From Chrysomallon squamiferum (taxonomy: Eukaryota; Animalia; Mollusca): a stretch of 64,000 nt of DNA. The stretch's first letter is position 1, and the number at the start of each line of letters is the position of its first letter. Shown in pieces: positions 15,069 to 29,035 of this stretch. Under the pieces are notes generated by a model that was not told where the DNA came from, searched no databases, and saw only the letters and a program-made list of their open reading frames with translations. Location of the stretch: assembly GCA_012295275.1 (NCBI GenBank), contig CM022666.1:6696001-6760000 (forward strand), written 5' to 3'. The translations under genes and the position numbers were made by a program.

Positions 15069-15590
15069 TACATACACATACATACATACATAAACATACA
15101 TACACACACATAATCTGCATATATTCAAAATACTCAAATATATGCATGTTGTGTCTGTGTCTCAGTTTGTGTGTGTGTGTGTGTGTGTGAGTTTGAATGT
15201 GTGTGTATATTTTGTGTGTCTGTTTGTGTGTGAGTGTGTCTGTGTGTGTGAGTGTATGTGTGTGTGTGTGAACAGACAACTAATCAACATATGGAAAGGT
15301 TTTGGAAATAATCAAATGTATCAGCACAAACAACTCACGTAAGAATGTAAGTAATTGACATAACGAGGTAACATTTACTGTGCATAATGAAAACAAAATG
15401 TCATTTCAAAATGTGGAACTGCACTGCATGTAAGTCATTTGCTTCCTGTGGAAATATTATATAAAATAATGTAATAATGATGACAAAAATCCTAGAGTTA
15501 ATATTCTATATGCTAAGTGTTTTTACACACACACACACACATACATATTAAGTGCTTATATATATACATATACATACTATATGTCATGTA

Positions 15591-15642
<52 letters not shown>

Positions 15643-15771
15643 TACAAATGCCACATTAATATAGGATGGAAATGTTTTTGTGTTAAAATTTAGCATAATA
15701 GAATGAAGCAGTATTATCAAATTGAAGTAAGAATAAATTATTGAATACTGGAGCCATATAACAACAACAAA

Positions 15772-15804
<33 letters not shown>

Positions 15805-15988
15805 TATAATAATAATAATAATAACAGTAATACAATAGCAATACAACTAGTAAATAAATAGCAGTAATATAGAAATTGCAGAAGAAGAAACAGGAAAAAT
15901 GATGATGATAATTATAATTATGATGATAATACAATTAATGGTAATAATAAAAATGATAAAGACAACCTAATAACAATTTTAATTAAAT

Positions 15989-16033
<45 letters not shown>

Positions 16034-16621
16034 CAACAAACTAAAAAAATAAATAAATACCAACACAACAGAAATAGCAATATATATCAATAATTACTGA
16101 AGTACAATATTTATACTGTCTTGATACAAGCACCCCAAATGTGCCTCACAGTCAGCCATTTTCTTGACACCACTATCTGAATGATGTTGCATGATGTCAT
16201 GTAAGAACATGCATTAGTCACCGCCATGTTTAAATATTCATGCCCAGACTGATTTATGACAAACTCTTTTTACTTGTTAATTTAATTCAGGAACAAAGGT
16301 TCATTTATTTTATTATTTTTGGGTTTTTTACTTTTTTTTCCCCTAGTCATCAAATTTCCTTTAAATATTTTATTACCAAATTTCATTAAATATAAATATA
16401 AATCAAACACATGCACACACATGGTAATATACCAGTAATAATTTTTGTGCTGTATTTGGCAAGTACAATTCTTATGTTACTTACAAAATTATAAATTTAT
16501 TTTGTTATATTTTAACACATCAGTTCAATCCTTAATTTCATTATAATAAGCAAATTTAATTTGATGAAATTCATTGATATTTATAAATAATTGTGTTTGT
16601 GTGTGTGTGTATATATATGCA

Positions 16622-16674
<53 letters not shown>

Positions 16675-17499
16675 GAAACTATGTTCATTTATAAAATTTA
16701 CCCATTCACATAAACAAGCCATTAATTTTTACACTTTACAGGAATTACGCCCAACAAAATGAATGAACCAATCACAAAGTAGCTTTTTAATGTAAGCCAA
16801 TCAAAATGTGTCAAGGTCTCACACTACACTTTACATTAAACTAATGTTAAAATAGTCTATCTTGTCAGTTGTAATAGGATATGTTTCTGCACTGATGCTG
16901 AAGATTAAAACCAAGTAGAAATCAAACTATTGATAATACTTGTTATTATTATTATTAGTCTGTGTGTTTGTTTATACAAACCACACACATATATGTACAC
17001 ACACATAAACGTAAATACATACACATACAAACTTAGACACGTTAATTCTCATTTCTCACATATTCAAATATGTTCATATGAAATGTGTATTCACAGGTAC
17101 TTGTACATTCAACCATGTATATTTATGACAGATCTAACACACACATACACACTGTATGAACACACACATACACATGGATGGACACACACACACACACTCA
17201 TAAAAAATCTTTACATATCAATTGCTTCTTTTAATTTTGTTACAATTCATGTCTTGGTTATTTTTTTTTCTCAGTTTTTGCTCTGTTTTCTTTGTTAGTG
17301 ATGTTAAAAATATTTTACATATTAATGAAAAGAAAAAAAAATATATATAATAAAACATACTTTTCATGATCAAAGTCTACCATGAAAATCAACAAATAAA
17401 CAAAGTAAAAAGCAATGAAAAACATTACACAGTCTAGCATAACTTTCAAAGGGAAACAATTAATATAAAATAACTGAAAATTCCTTAGAGTTATCTCAC

Positions 17500-17528
17500 C
17501 TTGTTATCCTTCGATTAGGCAAAGTCAT
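17500..17528 (-). CDS. dlg1: Candidate alternative first coding exon, MTLPNRRIT(R), in frame with the PDZ3 exon
   Basis: caagATG with an in-frame upstream TAG. AAG|gtgaga donor in phase 2. The junction reads ITR-EPRK, identical to the vertebrate DLG1 pre-PDZ3 residues. Confidence 0.6.
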
Positions 17529-17673
17529 CTTGGAAGCTGTCAGGAGCTACGGTTCAAATCCTGCTAGAACTGGTAAAAACCCCACGACACACACAAACAC
17601 ACAAAAAACAACACAAAAATCGACTCCGGAACAAGTATGTGCATATGCAGATGTTTGTCTAGTCTTGTCAAAT

Positions 17674-17688
17674 ATCTCCCATGGCAAC
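17674..17688. promoter_or_regulatory. RFX X-box-like element upstream of the candidate first exon at 17528
   Basis: ATCTCCCATGGCAAC, about 150 nt upstream of the ATG. Confidence 0.45.
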
Positions 17689-17932
17689 CGTGTTTCTTAC
17701 AGATCCATTAGGAAGAGCACATTGAAAACACTGATGATTATTGCAATCAGTCGTTTTTTTAACCTGCACGATTTGATCATTCACGTATATATATATATAT
17801 ATACAAGAGATTTATTCAAAAAATCAAAAAAATCTTTAAAAAGGTCACAGAAAAGGTCAAACTGTTTATCCCAGAAGTGCACATAAAGCAAACAGTGAAT
17901 GAACTAGAATTAAATCCTTGGAGAAAAAAAAT

Positions 17933-17996
17933 CTATACACTCAAGCGTATCTCTCCCTCGTTCAAAACCTCCAGCCTCGAAGTCTCGTGACAGAAT
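17933..17996 (-). CDS. dlg1: Candidate alternative terminal exon, (R)FCHETSRLEVLNEGEIRLSV*
   Basis: cttttctaacatatag acceptor in phase 2, compatible with the 31076 donor. A CpG-rich 64-nt block beside AT microsatellite, ending in TAG, with minus-strand AATAAA at 17816-17811. Confidence 0.4.
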
Positions 17997-18639
17997 CTAT
18001 ATGTTAGAAAAGATTTATTTATATTCCACATACATACACAATCTATACATATATATATATATATATGGTGTGTAAAAATACATGTATTTATATTCCACAC
18101 AAACATATATATATATATATATAGGTATGTAAAAATAGTTATATTCTGCACACATATGTAAAGCATTTATATATGTGTGTAAAATAGATGTATTTATATT
18201 CGACAAATAATTATGTGTGTACATGTGTGTACGTGTGTGTGTGTGTGTGTGTGTGTGTAATCTGTATGTGAGTGTGTTTGTATAAAAATTCAACACATAT
18301 TTTGTGCTTGTTTTCTGTGAATACAAATTTAAACAAGAGAAGCTAATTAATTTCTGCATTAACTCCGAGATGAAAACATTTTTGACAAAACAGTCCACAC
18401 ACAAAACTTGAAATGAATGAATCGGTAACCTCAATGTGAAAGATTTCTCAGCTAACAGCCAAACAATTCACTGTTTACTGGTATTTTATCTATAGCTTTA
18501 CTGTTCTTGTAACTTAACCTGAAGTTTTCAGTCTTTAAGGCAGTTAGACAGAAGAAGTTTTTTGTTTGTGAGAGTGAGAAAGAGAGGCACAGAGAAAAAA
18601 ATACAGAATGAAACAGAGACAGACACAGAAAAACATGAG

Positions 18640-18945
18640 TAACATAACCTATCAGATAAACAGAAGAATGAATAAATAAAATATCACAAAGACAAAAAAA
18701 TAAATAAACCATCTAAAAGCCAGAAGAATGAATGAACAAACATGACCTATCAGATAGACAGAAGAAAGAATAAATAAACTTTCATAAAGACAAAAGAACT
18801 ATCAGATAGACAGAAGAAGAAATAAACTATCAAAAGACCGAAGAATGAGTAACATAAACTATCTGATAGACAGAAGAATAAATAAACTATCAAAAGACCG
18901 AAGAATGACTAACATAAACTATCAGACAGACAGAAGAAGAAATAA
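18640..18945. repeat. Degenerate ~60-bp tandem repeat (aactatcagatagacagaagaa core)
   Basis: The core recurs about 5 times. Confidence 0.7.
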
Positions 18946-19153
18946 TTATAGTTTCAGTCTGGGAAATAAATAAACAAACAGATTTTCAGACAAAACAGAA
19001 AAAAAAAAAAAAAAAAAAAAAACTGCTGATCTGTGAATGAAACACTGGGACCTGATGGCGATACTTAATTACAACTGCCGATGCAGAACCCAGCAGCCAT
19101 GACGATGTACACACATGATAGTTTAACCTTCTCTGCTGTATTTATCTACTCAC

Positions 19154-19200
19154 CACAGTTTTAGTAACGAATACAATCCAGCACGAAAGAAAAAACACAT
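19154..19200 (-). CDS. dlg1: Candidate alternative first coding exon, MCFFFRAGLYSLLKL(W), in frame with the PDZ3 exon
   Basis: ATG after in-frame stops. Consensus GTG|gtgagt donor in phase 2. Lies in a non-repetitive island. Confidence 0.42.
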
Positions 19201-19925
19201 CCACACACTAACTAACTGAATGTTAAACTTCCCATCAGTTCACTACAGAATGCACATTCATCAGCCTACTTACATGACTGCACCGAACACATCAACACCA
19301 CCATTATTATCACCACCAGCAGCAACAACAACAGCAACAACAACGACAACTACAAAGGTCCTCCGGTTATAAATCTTATGTATCGTATTCCATTGTGATT
19401 TCGAATGAGAACACCAGAACGTTTGTACAGTCAAGCCATGTGTGTGCGTATGTGCCTCTCTCTCTCTCCCTCTCTCTCTTTCTCTATCCTGATTCTCCAG
19501 TTTGGTAAACTCATCTATTACCAAGCCCCAATGAGAAGGTCTGGGAGATTCTATTTCGCTGAACCTGCGTCACAGCCAAACTGTTGGTTAGCTGTGCAGT
19601 TAGAAAGAGCTGGATGAGAGCTGGCCACACTGTGTGTTGTGTTGTGTATGTGTGTGAAACTGCTGTACTTCTCTTCCAGTTCAGGCTGTGAGAGCCCTCC
19701 TATCTCTCTCTATCTCTCTCTGTATGTGTGTGTGTGTGTGTTTTATAGTTTGGTAGTAGGTCACAACAGCTTGCCTATTTTTCTTTGTTGTGGATTATAT
19801 ATATTTAAACACGAATATATATACATATATATTCAGGAATGAGGAAGAACTGACATAGGTGGAAAGACAGATGTATATATATATATATGTATATATTTTT
19901 AAATATATATACAGAGAGAGAGTTT

Positions 19926-20018
<93 letters not shown>

Positions 20019-20565
20019 GACAGAAGAAGAAATATAGAGAATGAAAGACAAATTTAAAAAGTTTGGAATAAAAACTAAAGTGTCTGATTGCAACTCTGCA
20101 GAATAAGAAGGAGAAATTAAATAAATAAATAAACATAAATTAAAAAAGGAAGAAGAGAAGAGAAATATGGAGTGACAGAAGAGTAAATAGATAGACCCCC
20201 CACACACACAGACACACAGACACACAGAGAGTTCAAGTATTCCAACAGAAGAAATGAACGCTGTTGTTTCTATTCCCACTTCCATCTGGATGTGAAGTAT
20301 CTGTTCCTCTGTAACAACATTATAATTAATCAATGCTAAATCCTTCCTAGGCTGTTTTTATTTTTTTATTTTATTTTTTTTTTTCTCTTCCTATCCAAGA
20401 CTTCGCTGTTTGGTTAATAATTCAAATCAATGGGAGTCTCCAATTCAGCAGAACACAATTACAACGTAACCGAAACATATCTTTTCTGTGTAAGCATAAT
20501 TCAAACCAGGCTTGCAGTCAAAGTCTGTGTTAGTTGTCAAGTGAGTAGTATATCATCTATCTATT

Positions 20566-20596
<31 letters not shown>

Positions 20597-20719
20597 CTAT
20601 ATATATATATATATTTTAAAAAAATTTCAGTTTATTATTTATTTGTTTATTAGTAATTTATTTATCTGGTTATTTTATTTATTTTCTTTTTTTTGTTAAG
20701 CTCTATGAAATTTCATTAT

Positions 20720-21060
20720 ATTATTGTATTAAATTATATATTATTATACTGTATTATATTATACTATAATAAATTTATATTATTTATTTTATTTATACTA
20801 TAAGTATATAATATTATACTGTATTATATTATACTATAATTATATAATATTATACTGTATTATATTATACTATAATAAATTATATATTATTATACTGTAT
20901 TATATTATACTATAATAAACTATATAATATTATACTGTATTATATTATACTATAATAAATTATATAATATTATACTGTATTATATTATACTATAATAAAC
21001 TATATATTATTATACTGTATTATATTATACTATAATAAATTATATAATATTATACTGTAT
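20720..21060. repeat. 40-bp AT-rich minisatellite
   Basis: tatactgtattatattatactataataaattatataatat repeated. Confidence 0.85.
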
Positions 21061-22859
21061 TTTTTTCAGCTGTACAGTATCACATTATTTAACAAAGTAC
21101 AGTATTACATTACATTATTTAATATCCTATATTGCACAACAGAATATTGTATCATATTTCATTAGGTACTCCACATAACTATATTATATATCATGACAAT
21201 CTCATATTACTTTGCATTATCAAATTTAGTTATATATTTAATTTTTAATTTATTTATTTTTATTTATTATTACTTGTTGATATATTTTCCTTTATATCAT
21301 TTACTTCATGAAATTAATCATATATATTCATGATCATAATATGAAGTTAATTCACGTAAACAAATAAATTTATTTCAGGAAAAATATATTTAGATTTAAT
21401 TAAATAAAACCAGATTTCATTTATTAAAAATGACTAATTGATTTCATAAAAATGATCACATAAAGAAAAAAATCTGATTCAAATTTCATTAATAAAAATG
21501 AATGTTTTAAAAAAAAATTATGAAACTAAATCATTAATTTAATTCTAGAACTAAATCTACTTATTTTCAAAAAACTGAATCTCAAATCGATAATAAATAC
21601 ATTTTTTTTTTCTTCAATTCTGCACAATGTTTATATTTACTCTAAAAATTAACTCCTTGACTTAATTCACCAAAAACAAAAACAAAAAAAAAAACAAAAA
21701 TAAATTTAAAAAAAAAATACCCCAGCAACAAAACAACCACACTAAATAATATTTATTCTAAAAATTAACTCATTAACTTAATTCAAACAAAAAAAAACAA
21801 AACAAAAAAAAAAAAAAAAAAAAAACTCCCTCCAGCAACAACAAAACAAAACAACTGACACTAAATAAACCAGATTAAGAAAAGACAATAACAACTTAAT
21901 CACCAACAAACAAAAGAAAGAAAGAGGTGGTGGTTTTTTTTCCAATTAAACCAGTCTGTGGAGATTATTTGCTGTTAAACTAGTAATTACAGTAAGTTTT
22001 CTTCCAGCTATCAAACACTGCATATCCTCTCAGGCTCTCTCTGTTCACACTGGTATAAGCTGTCCAGAAAACGCTATCTTCTCGTGGCCATGGAAACACA
22101 TTCATTCTACAGTCTATGGCTGGAACATTCTTTCTCTGTGTGTGAGAGTGTGTGTGTGTGTGTGTGTTTGCAGATTTTGGTGGGTGTAATGGAGGGGGAG
22201 AGATATATTTGTTAGGGAGGTGTTTGTGTTTTTAGCAAAGGGATCTGTGATTGTAACAAAGGGGTTTTGTATTATAATAAGGTTTATATTTGTGTGACTA
22301 GGGTTTGTGGCTTTGTATTTGTATGTGGTTTAAGAGGTTTAATTAAGAGGTTTAGTAGGAGTGTGTGTGTCTGTAGTTATGTGTAAATTAATAATCATAC
22401 AAATACACATACACATACACATTAATGTATATGCAGAATAATATTTATACACCCCCCTCTTCAATATGGACACCTTCTATATAATTATATTTAGTGATTA
22501 AATTATCATACCAATACATATTTAAAAGATAAATATTTATTGGTATATTTCAATTGCAAAATTTTCAATAATGTTTTTTTAAAAATGACTTAAACATGGA
22601 TCCCAGCCCCATTCACTATGTTACATTCTGGAATCTTAAATCATATAATATTATCTCTATATATATGTTTCTATGTATGTGGGTTTAGAGGTCTGTATAC
22701 CTGTATGCATGTAAATATATTTATATGTATGTATGTGTGTGTATGTACACACACACACACACACAAACACACATATTTTAAATCTATATACTATATATAT
22801 ATTCATAACAATCATTTAACTGTAACAAAAATGTACAACAAATAAAACAGTATCAACCC

Positions 22860-23480
22860 AGTTACCTAGCCAGCAACAGCGAAATAAATCCTGTATTCCA
22901 TGAAAACAAAAACTCACAAACAATCCAGAAAACCGGGCGAAACAAGAACAAAAGTATCCTGGATCAGCAACAACAACCTAATCAAGGCCACACCTTCACA
23001 ATCAAAATTAAACCTGAGCAACTAAAACTCAACCGGTAACTTAACAGATCAACCAGTGTATCTTTCTTTTCTTCTTTTTTCTTCTCTTTTTTTTTAACTA
23101 ACCTTTCCCAGCAAACCTGAGGCTTGGCTGTTTTTTTTTTTTTGGTTATTATTTTCTTCCAATTATCACCTTTCCAAATGAAGAAACAGTTAATCCTTCA
23201 ATCGATGAAGTATGCAGCAAAAGTTCAAAAATACCTGTTTATCGCACACAGGTAAGAGAAACATGGACAGGTTAACGAGCGAAAAAAGAAAGTACGTGCT
23301 GAGACCCAGTCTACTGCTTGTCTACGAATACCGGTTGACCTAGATTTTCAAACGGGTGGTCAAGACGATATAATGTCACCTGAAGCCCTCTGATAGGCTA
23401 CCTGCCTACCTGGCAGGTAAACATTTTTTTTTTTACCTGTGTGTTACCTGATTGAACAGAGTGTTGTGTAACGTGACATA
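22860..23480. promoter_or_regulatory. CpG-enriched island with clustered CAGGTR (ZEB/Snail-type) and Grainyhead-like motifs; candidate internal promoter or enhancer
   Basis: Eight CAGGTA/CAGGTG sites (either strand) in 23232-23450. AACCGGTA at 23031 and TACCGGTT at 23329. Confidence 0.4.
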
Positions 23481-23780
23481 AATTTACCTTTAACAATTCA
23501 CAATGCATTAAGGTTAGGTAACAGTTACAGTAAGCCCAGGATGGTTTTAATAAGGCAGAAGTACTTTAAAAGAACAAAAGAACAGACAGGGGTTGTATCA
23601 AAATGGTTATAATCTCTTAATCTGCTAGATAAGAGGATAAAGAATTTAAAAAAAAGTTAGCGAGAATAACGAAAACCAAAAATAAAATAAAATGAAATGA
23701 AAAGACTTTGAGGTCAAACAACAACATTTATTCCTTATCTTTAAGTCATAAGCAAAAAATAAAAATAAATAAATTAAAAA

Positions 23781-23822
<42 letters not shown>

Positions 23823-24011
23823 AATAATAATAAAAACAAGATAAAGTAAATAATATAATAACAATAAATAAATAAATAAATAAATAAATAATAAAGTAAA
23901 AAAAAAACAAAAAAAATAAAGTAAAAATGACATAAAATAAAACAGATTTTAAAAATAAACTTTTTTTACAATTTTAATCTAATATTCTCTTCTTTTTTTT
24001 TTTTACTTCAA

Positions 24012-24025
24012 GTTGCCATAGTAAC
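24012..24025. promoter_or_regulatory. RFX X-box
   Basis: GTTGCCATAGTAAC, a near-perfect palindromic X-box. Confidence 0.45.
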
Positions 24026-25228
24026 AGTGGAAGACAATAAAGAAATGAAAACAACTTTAATTAACTTCCAGAGGTTTATATTTCCTGGCCTACGGGGTTT
24101 CAGGATCAATACTGCATTAAGGAAAGAGATTATTTTCTATTCTGCTCTGTGTTATTATTTATTTATTTAAATTCAAGAGGAAGCAGACGAAACATAATTG
24201 AAGAAATTATTGTTATTACTGTTGCTGTTGTCGTTGTTGTTGATATTTTTGTAACTGATGGTATAATCATCATCATCATTATCACTATCATTATTATTAT
24301 CACTAACATTATTATTATTTTTATTATTTATGCTATGTATATATATATAGACACACAGACATGCACACATGGTTTTACACATAAAATTTAAAACATTATT
24401 TCTTATTCTAAAATCAAGAAAACATATTAGTGTTGACCTATTTAAAACCATGTTATATTATTGTTATTTACCAGCTAGTTGTAACATACAAGTGATGTAG
24501 TAGTAGTAGTTGTTGTTGTTGTTGTTGTAGCAGTAATAGTAGTAAAAGATACTGAGTTTAAGGTAACACATTAATGTTACACTATTTCAATCACAAACGT
24601 TATGTTGTTGTTATTTACAAGCCAGTCGTAACACACAAGTGATGTAGTGGTAGCAGTTGTTGTTGTAGTGGTAGCAGCAGTAGTAAAACACACCAAATTT
24701 AAGGAAACACAAACAAGTTACACTGTATTTATTTAGTAATACACAAATGAGGTTGTAGTTGTTGTTGCTGTTGAAGTAGTAGTGGTAGTAAGACACACTG
24801 ATTTATATTAACTTCAGACAAACAAAATCTGTTATTGTCTTCATCAACCATTACTAAAAAGCTAAAACAATAAGTAAACTGTTTATTGTTTTTATACACT
24901 AAATGTATTTAACAAAAAAATATTTTAAGAACTTGTCTACTAATGATACACCAGTGAAAATCTGATATGAAAATGTCAGTTGTGTTAAAAATATTTATAA
25001 ACCTTTTCTATGTTTCATTCAATTCATCTTTCAGTGTCTTAAGGCAATACATTCTATGCAAAAAAACAACAACTCTTTATATCATAAACCTACTTACATT
25101 AGTATTTCAGAAAAACAGATTTTTATTTTTATTTTAAATAAATTTAGATGATTTCCAAGTCTAACCAGTGCCCTAGAGGTATAACATACTATATAATAAA
25201 AAAAAAAAAAAAAAAATCATTTTATTAC

Positions 25229-25280
25229 TCTCCTGTCTGTGAGAGGGTGTGTATAAAAGATTACTTATTGCTATGATTAA
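25229..25280 (+). mobile_element. Short fragment of the same SINE core
   Basis: tcctgtctgtgagagggtgtgtataaaagattacttattgcta. Confidence 0.35.
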
Positions 25281-25664
25281 TCCGTATGTTCACAGATGTC
25301 TATTTATGACTGACTCACTCATCTACTCATGACTCACATTCACTCACTGACTTCAGGTACGTTGTCCTTGACATTTATTTCAATAAGTAGCCATGCATGG
25401 CAACACATCACTTAGTCACTTGTTCTCTCTCTCACTGCTTGGTTTAATCTATTTGTCCACCTTGACATTTATTTCATTATTACTCACTAACCTAGTGTAA
25501 CAGAGCATTAAACTAAAGCAGTTATCTGCCTACAGCTACTCACTCACTTACCTACTCACTCAGAGTTTTAAACTGAAGATCAAAGTGCTCACTTAATATT
25601 TTAAAAGATAATTGATATTTATTTAAATACAAATAGTTAATACTCTATGACATTGTACTATAAG

Positions 25665-26370
25665 CGGATATTAAAAAGTAACATATAATAAATACTTCAG
25701 GTATCTATCTCAGTTATTATTAAAAAGTAACGTAATAACTGAAGTATCTATCTCTCAGTGATTATTAAAAAGTGACATGTAATAACTGAAGTATCTATCT
25801 CTCAGTGATTATTAAAAAAATGACATGTAATAACTGAAGTATCTATCTCTTGTTGATTATTAAAAACTGACATGTAATAACTGAAGTATCTATCTCTCAG
25901 TGATTACTAAAAAATGACATGTAATAACTGAAGTATTTATCTCTCAGTGATTATTAAAAAGTGACATATAATAACTGAAGTATTTATCTCTCAGTGATTA
26001 TTAAAAAGTGACATGTAATAACTGAAGTATCTATCTCTCAGTGATTATTAAAAAGTGACATGTAATAACTGAAGTATCTATCTCTCAGTGATTATTAAAA
26101 ACTGACATGTAATAACTGAAGTATCTATCTCTCAGTGATTATTAAAAAGTGACATGTAATAACTGAAGTATCTGTATCTCAGTGATTATTAAAAAGTGAC
26201 ATGTAATAACTGAAGTATCTATCTCTCATTAATTATTAAAAACTGACATGTAATAACTGAAGTATCTATCTCTCAGTGATTATTAAAAACTGACATGTTA
26301 TAACTGAAGTATCTATCTCTCAATGATTATTAAAACTATACCTGTAATAACGAAGGATCTTTCTCAGTAT
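25665..26370. repeat. 47-bp minisatellite, about 14 copies
   Basis: Unit aagtgacatgtaataactgaagtatctatctctcagtgattattaaa. Confidence 0.92.
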
Positions 26371-27596
26371 GAATTAATTTTGTGTATGTATGTATTTGTG
26401 TGTCTGTCTGTCTCTCTGTCTGTGTGCATGCTGATAACAGTGATTACTTCTGAATCCATTAACAAAAAAAAAGATCCAACTGTTTTTTGAATTTTTTTTT
26501 TTTTTTTTTTTTTTGGTGGCAGGATCTTTTTCTTATTTTAATTTATTTTATCTTAGATACTTTTCACCATGCTCTGAACAAAAAAGAAGAAGATCCAATG
26601 CTACTGGTTTCAATATCATGAAGCTGACTTGAACATCAGAACGTCTTTATGGTTTAATGTACACTGTGTTCAAAAATAATTACTGGAGATCACATAACAA
26701 AAACTAATCTGTAAGTGGCAGCTGTCACTTTAAAAGCTGTAACTATTTTTAATTATTACACACACTTTAAATTTATACGTGATGCCATATGAACAAATAT
26801 ATATATATATATATGCATTAATAGTTTTATTTGTGCAAAGAAGAAAAGATAGGGAAAAGAATAATGACAAAAATTAAAAGAAAAAAATTAACAACAACAA
26901 CAACTACTACAGCAACAATAATAATAATAGGAAGAAGACGAAAGAGAAATAAAGAATAAAATAAATGAAAATATCAAAAGTGTGTTAAAAGGCAAAAGAT
27001 TATTTAAAATCTATTTAAATTCCTTTTTACCCTTCACTGTCATTATAATTTCATTTTACATATTTGTTTATTTATTTATTTATTCAAAACTGGAATTCAG
27101 TATTTACTGTACATAATATTACATCATTTGATAAATTAAAACAAAATATTATTATTATTATTATTATTATCACTAATTTTTTATTTTTTTATTTTAAATA
27201 TAATACTCAGTTTATGAAAATAACTGACTGTACTTTTAACGTCAGGTTTTATAACACCTATATATCACCTTAATTGATAAAGATCTACATTAAAATGTCA
27301 CTTATTTTATTTATTAATTTATTATCATCATTATTATTTTACGTTTTTTATTTTTTATCTTTTGCATTTTTTAAAATTTTCAATATTTTTGGTTTCTTTA
27401 TAGATACAATAAATGATGAAATGAAATATATGAATAAATATTTACCCAAATCATTCATATACATGCTTTTATCTATTTGTGTGTGTGAATATATGTTTAT
27501 TTAAATGTGTGTATGTATTTTTGTGCATATGTATTTATGTTTGTGTGTGTATGTATGTAATGTATGTATTTGTGCATGTGTATCTATGTCTATGTC

Positions 27597-27643
<47 letters not shown>

Positions 27644-27842
27644 GTGTCTGTTTTTGTGTATAAGTGTCTGTATCACAAAACAGAGACTCAGAAGTCAATA
27701 CATCTATTTCAAGAAACAGTTCAGGTTAAGTTGTTCATGTCATAATGAACGTGTCATATGTCATCATGCACATTGGCCATATTGCAGACATTTTTTAAAA
27801 AGCTACACTGTTTTACAAGTTCAATATGTCTAGCCAATAATA

Positions 27843-27877
<35 letters not shown>

Positions 27878-28136
27878 TACATTATAAATACAACTTAAAA
27901 TGCTGACATTTCTAAACATAATGCAACATAGAACAGAATTAAATTAACAAACACATTATTAATTTTTGGTTTCTTGTATTTCTTTATTTTTAATTTTTAA
28001 ATTAATTATTTCATTTTTTATGTTACTTGAACCACAGATACTGAAATGCAGGCATATTTAATATTTAATGATACATATGTATGAGTATGTGTGTGTGTAT
28101 GTATGTTCATGCATGTATGTTTTTGTGTGTGTGTGT

Positions 28137-28215
<79 letters not shown>

Positions 28216-29035
28216 ATACGTATGCCTGTGTGTCTGTGAATATGTATGTAGTATGTATCTATGTATATCTGTGTGTATGTATGTGTATACATTCATGTAT
28301 ATCTATCTGCACATTGTATATGTATGTACATATGTATGTACAAACACATACATAAATAAGCAGCATGTGGTTAACTGCCATTCTTTCACGTAACACACTA
28401 AGTATCAAATTACAAGATAAAAGAGAGAAATGTGATTTTCAGCAGAAATAAAAACATTGGTGTGGCAGGACCACAGTAATCTGGTTTACATGTTGCAAGG
28501 TTGACCTAGCAGCACAGGTCAATCACAGGTAAACAGGCAGGCCACATACCTCAACGCTTTGAGCTCTTACCTGTGTTACCTGTGTTATTAAATATCCACA
28601 TTAGTGCCTTTAATGTGTGAACAGATGTACAGATATACAGACAAGACACCCATATGGTTGTACATAAAGATGAACATATCTATATTAACTCAAAATATAC
28701 ATTCCATAAACACAGAATTACACATACACAAGGTCATACAGACAAAATATATATAAATATGTACATCTTAAGATAGAAAGTCAGACATACACACACATAC
28801 ACGGACAAACACACAGTGAGACATTCAGACACAAATACACATGAACACACACACAGAGACAGACACAAACATGCACAAAAATAAAGACAGACACATACAT
28901 ATTCACAAAGACAAAAATCACACACAAATATACACATACAAAGTAAGACATATTCACAGACATCAGACACACAAATACACATAAACAGACAGACAAACAG
29001 ACAGACAGACACTCACAAAAATGAAGCAGACCTAC

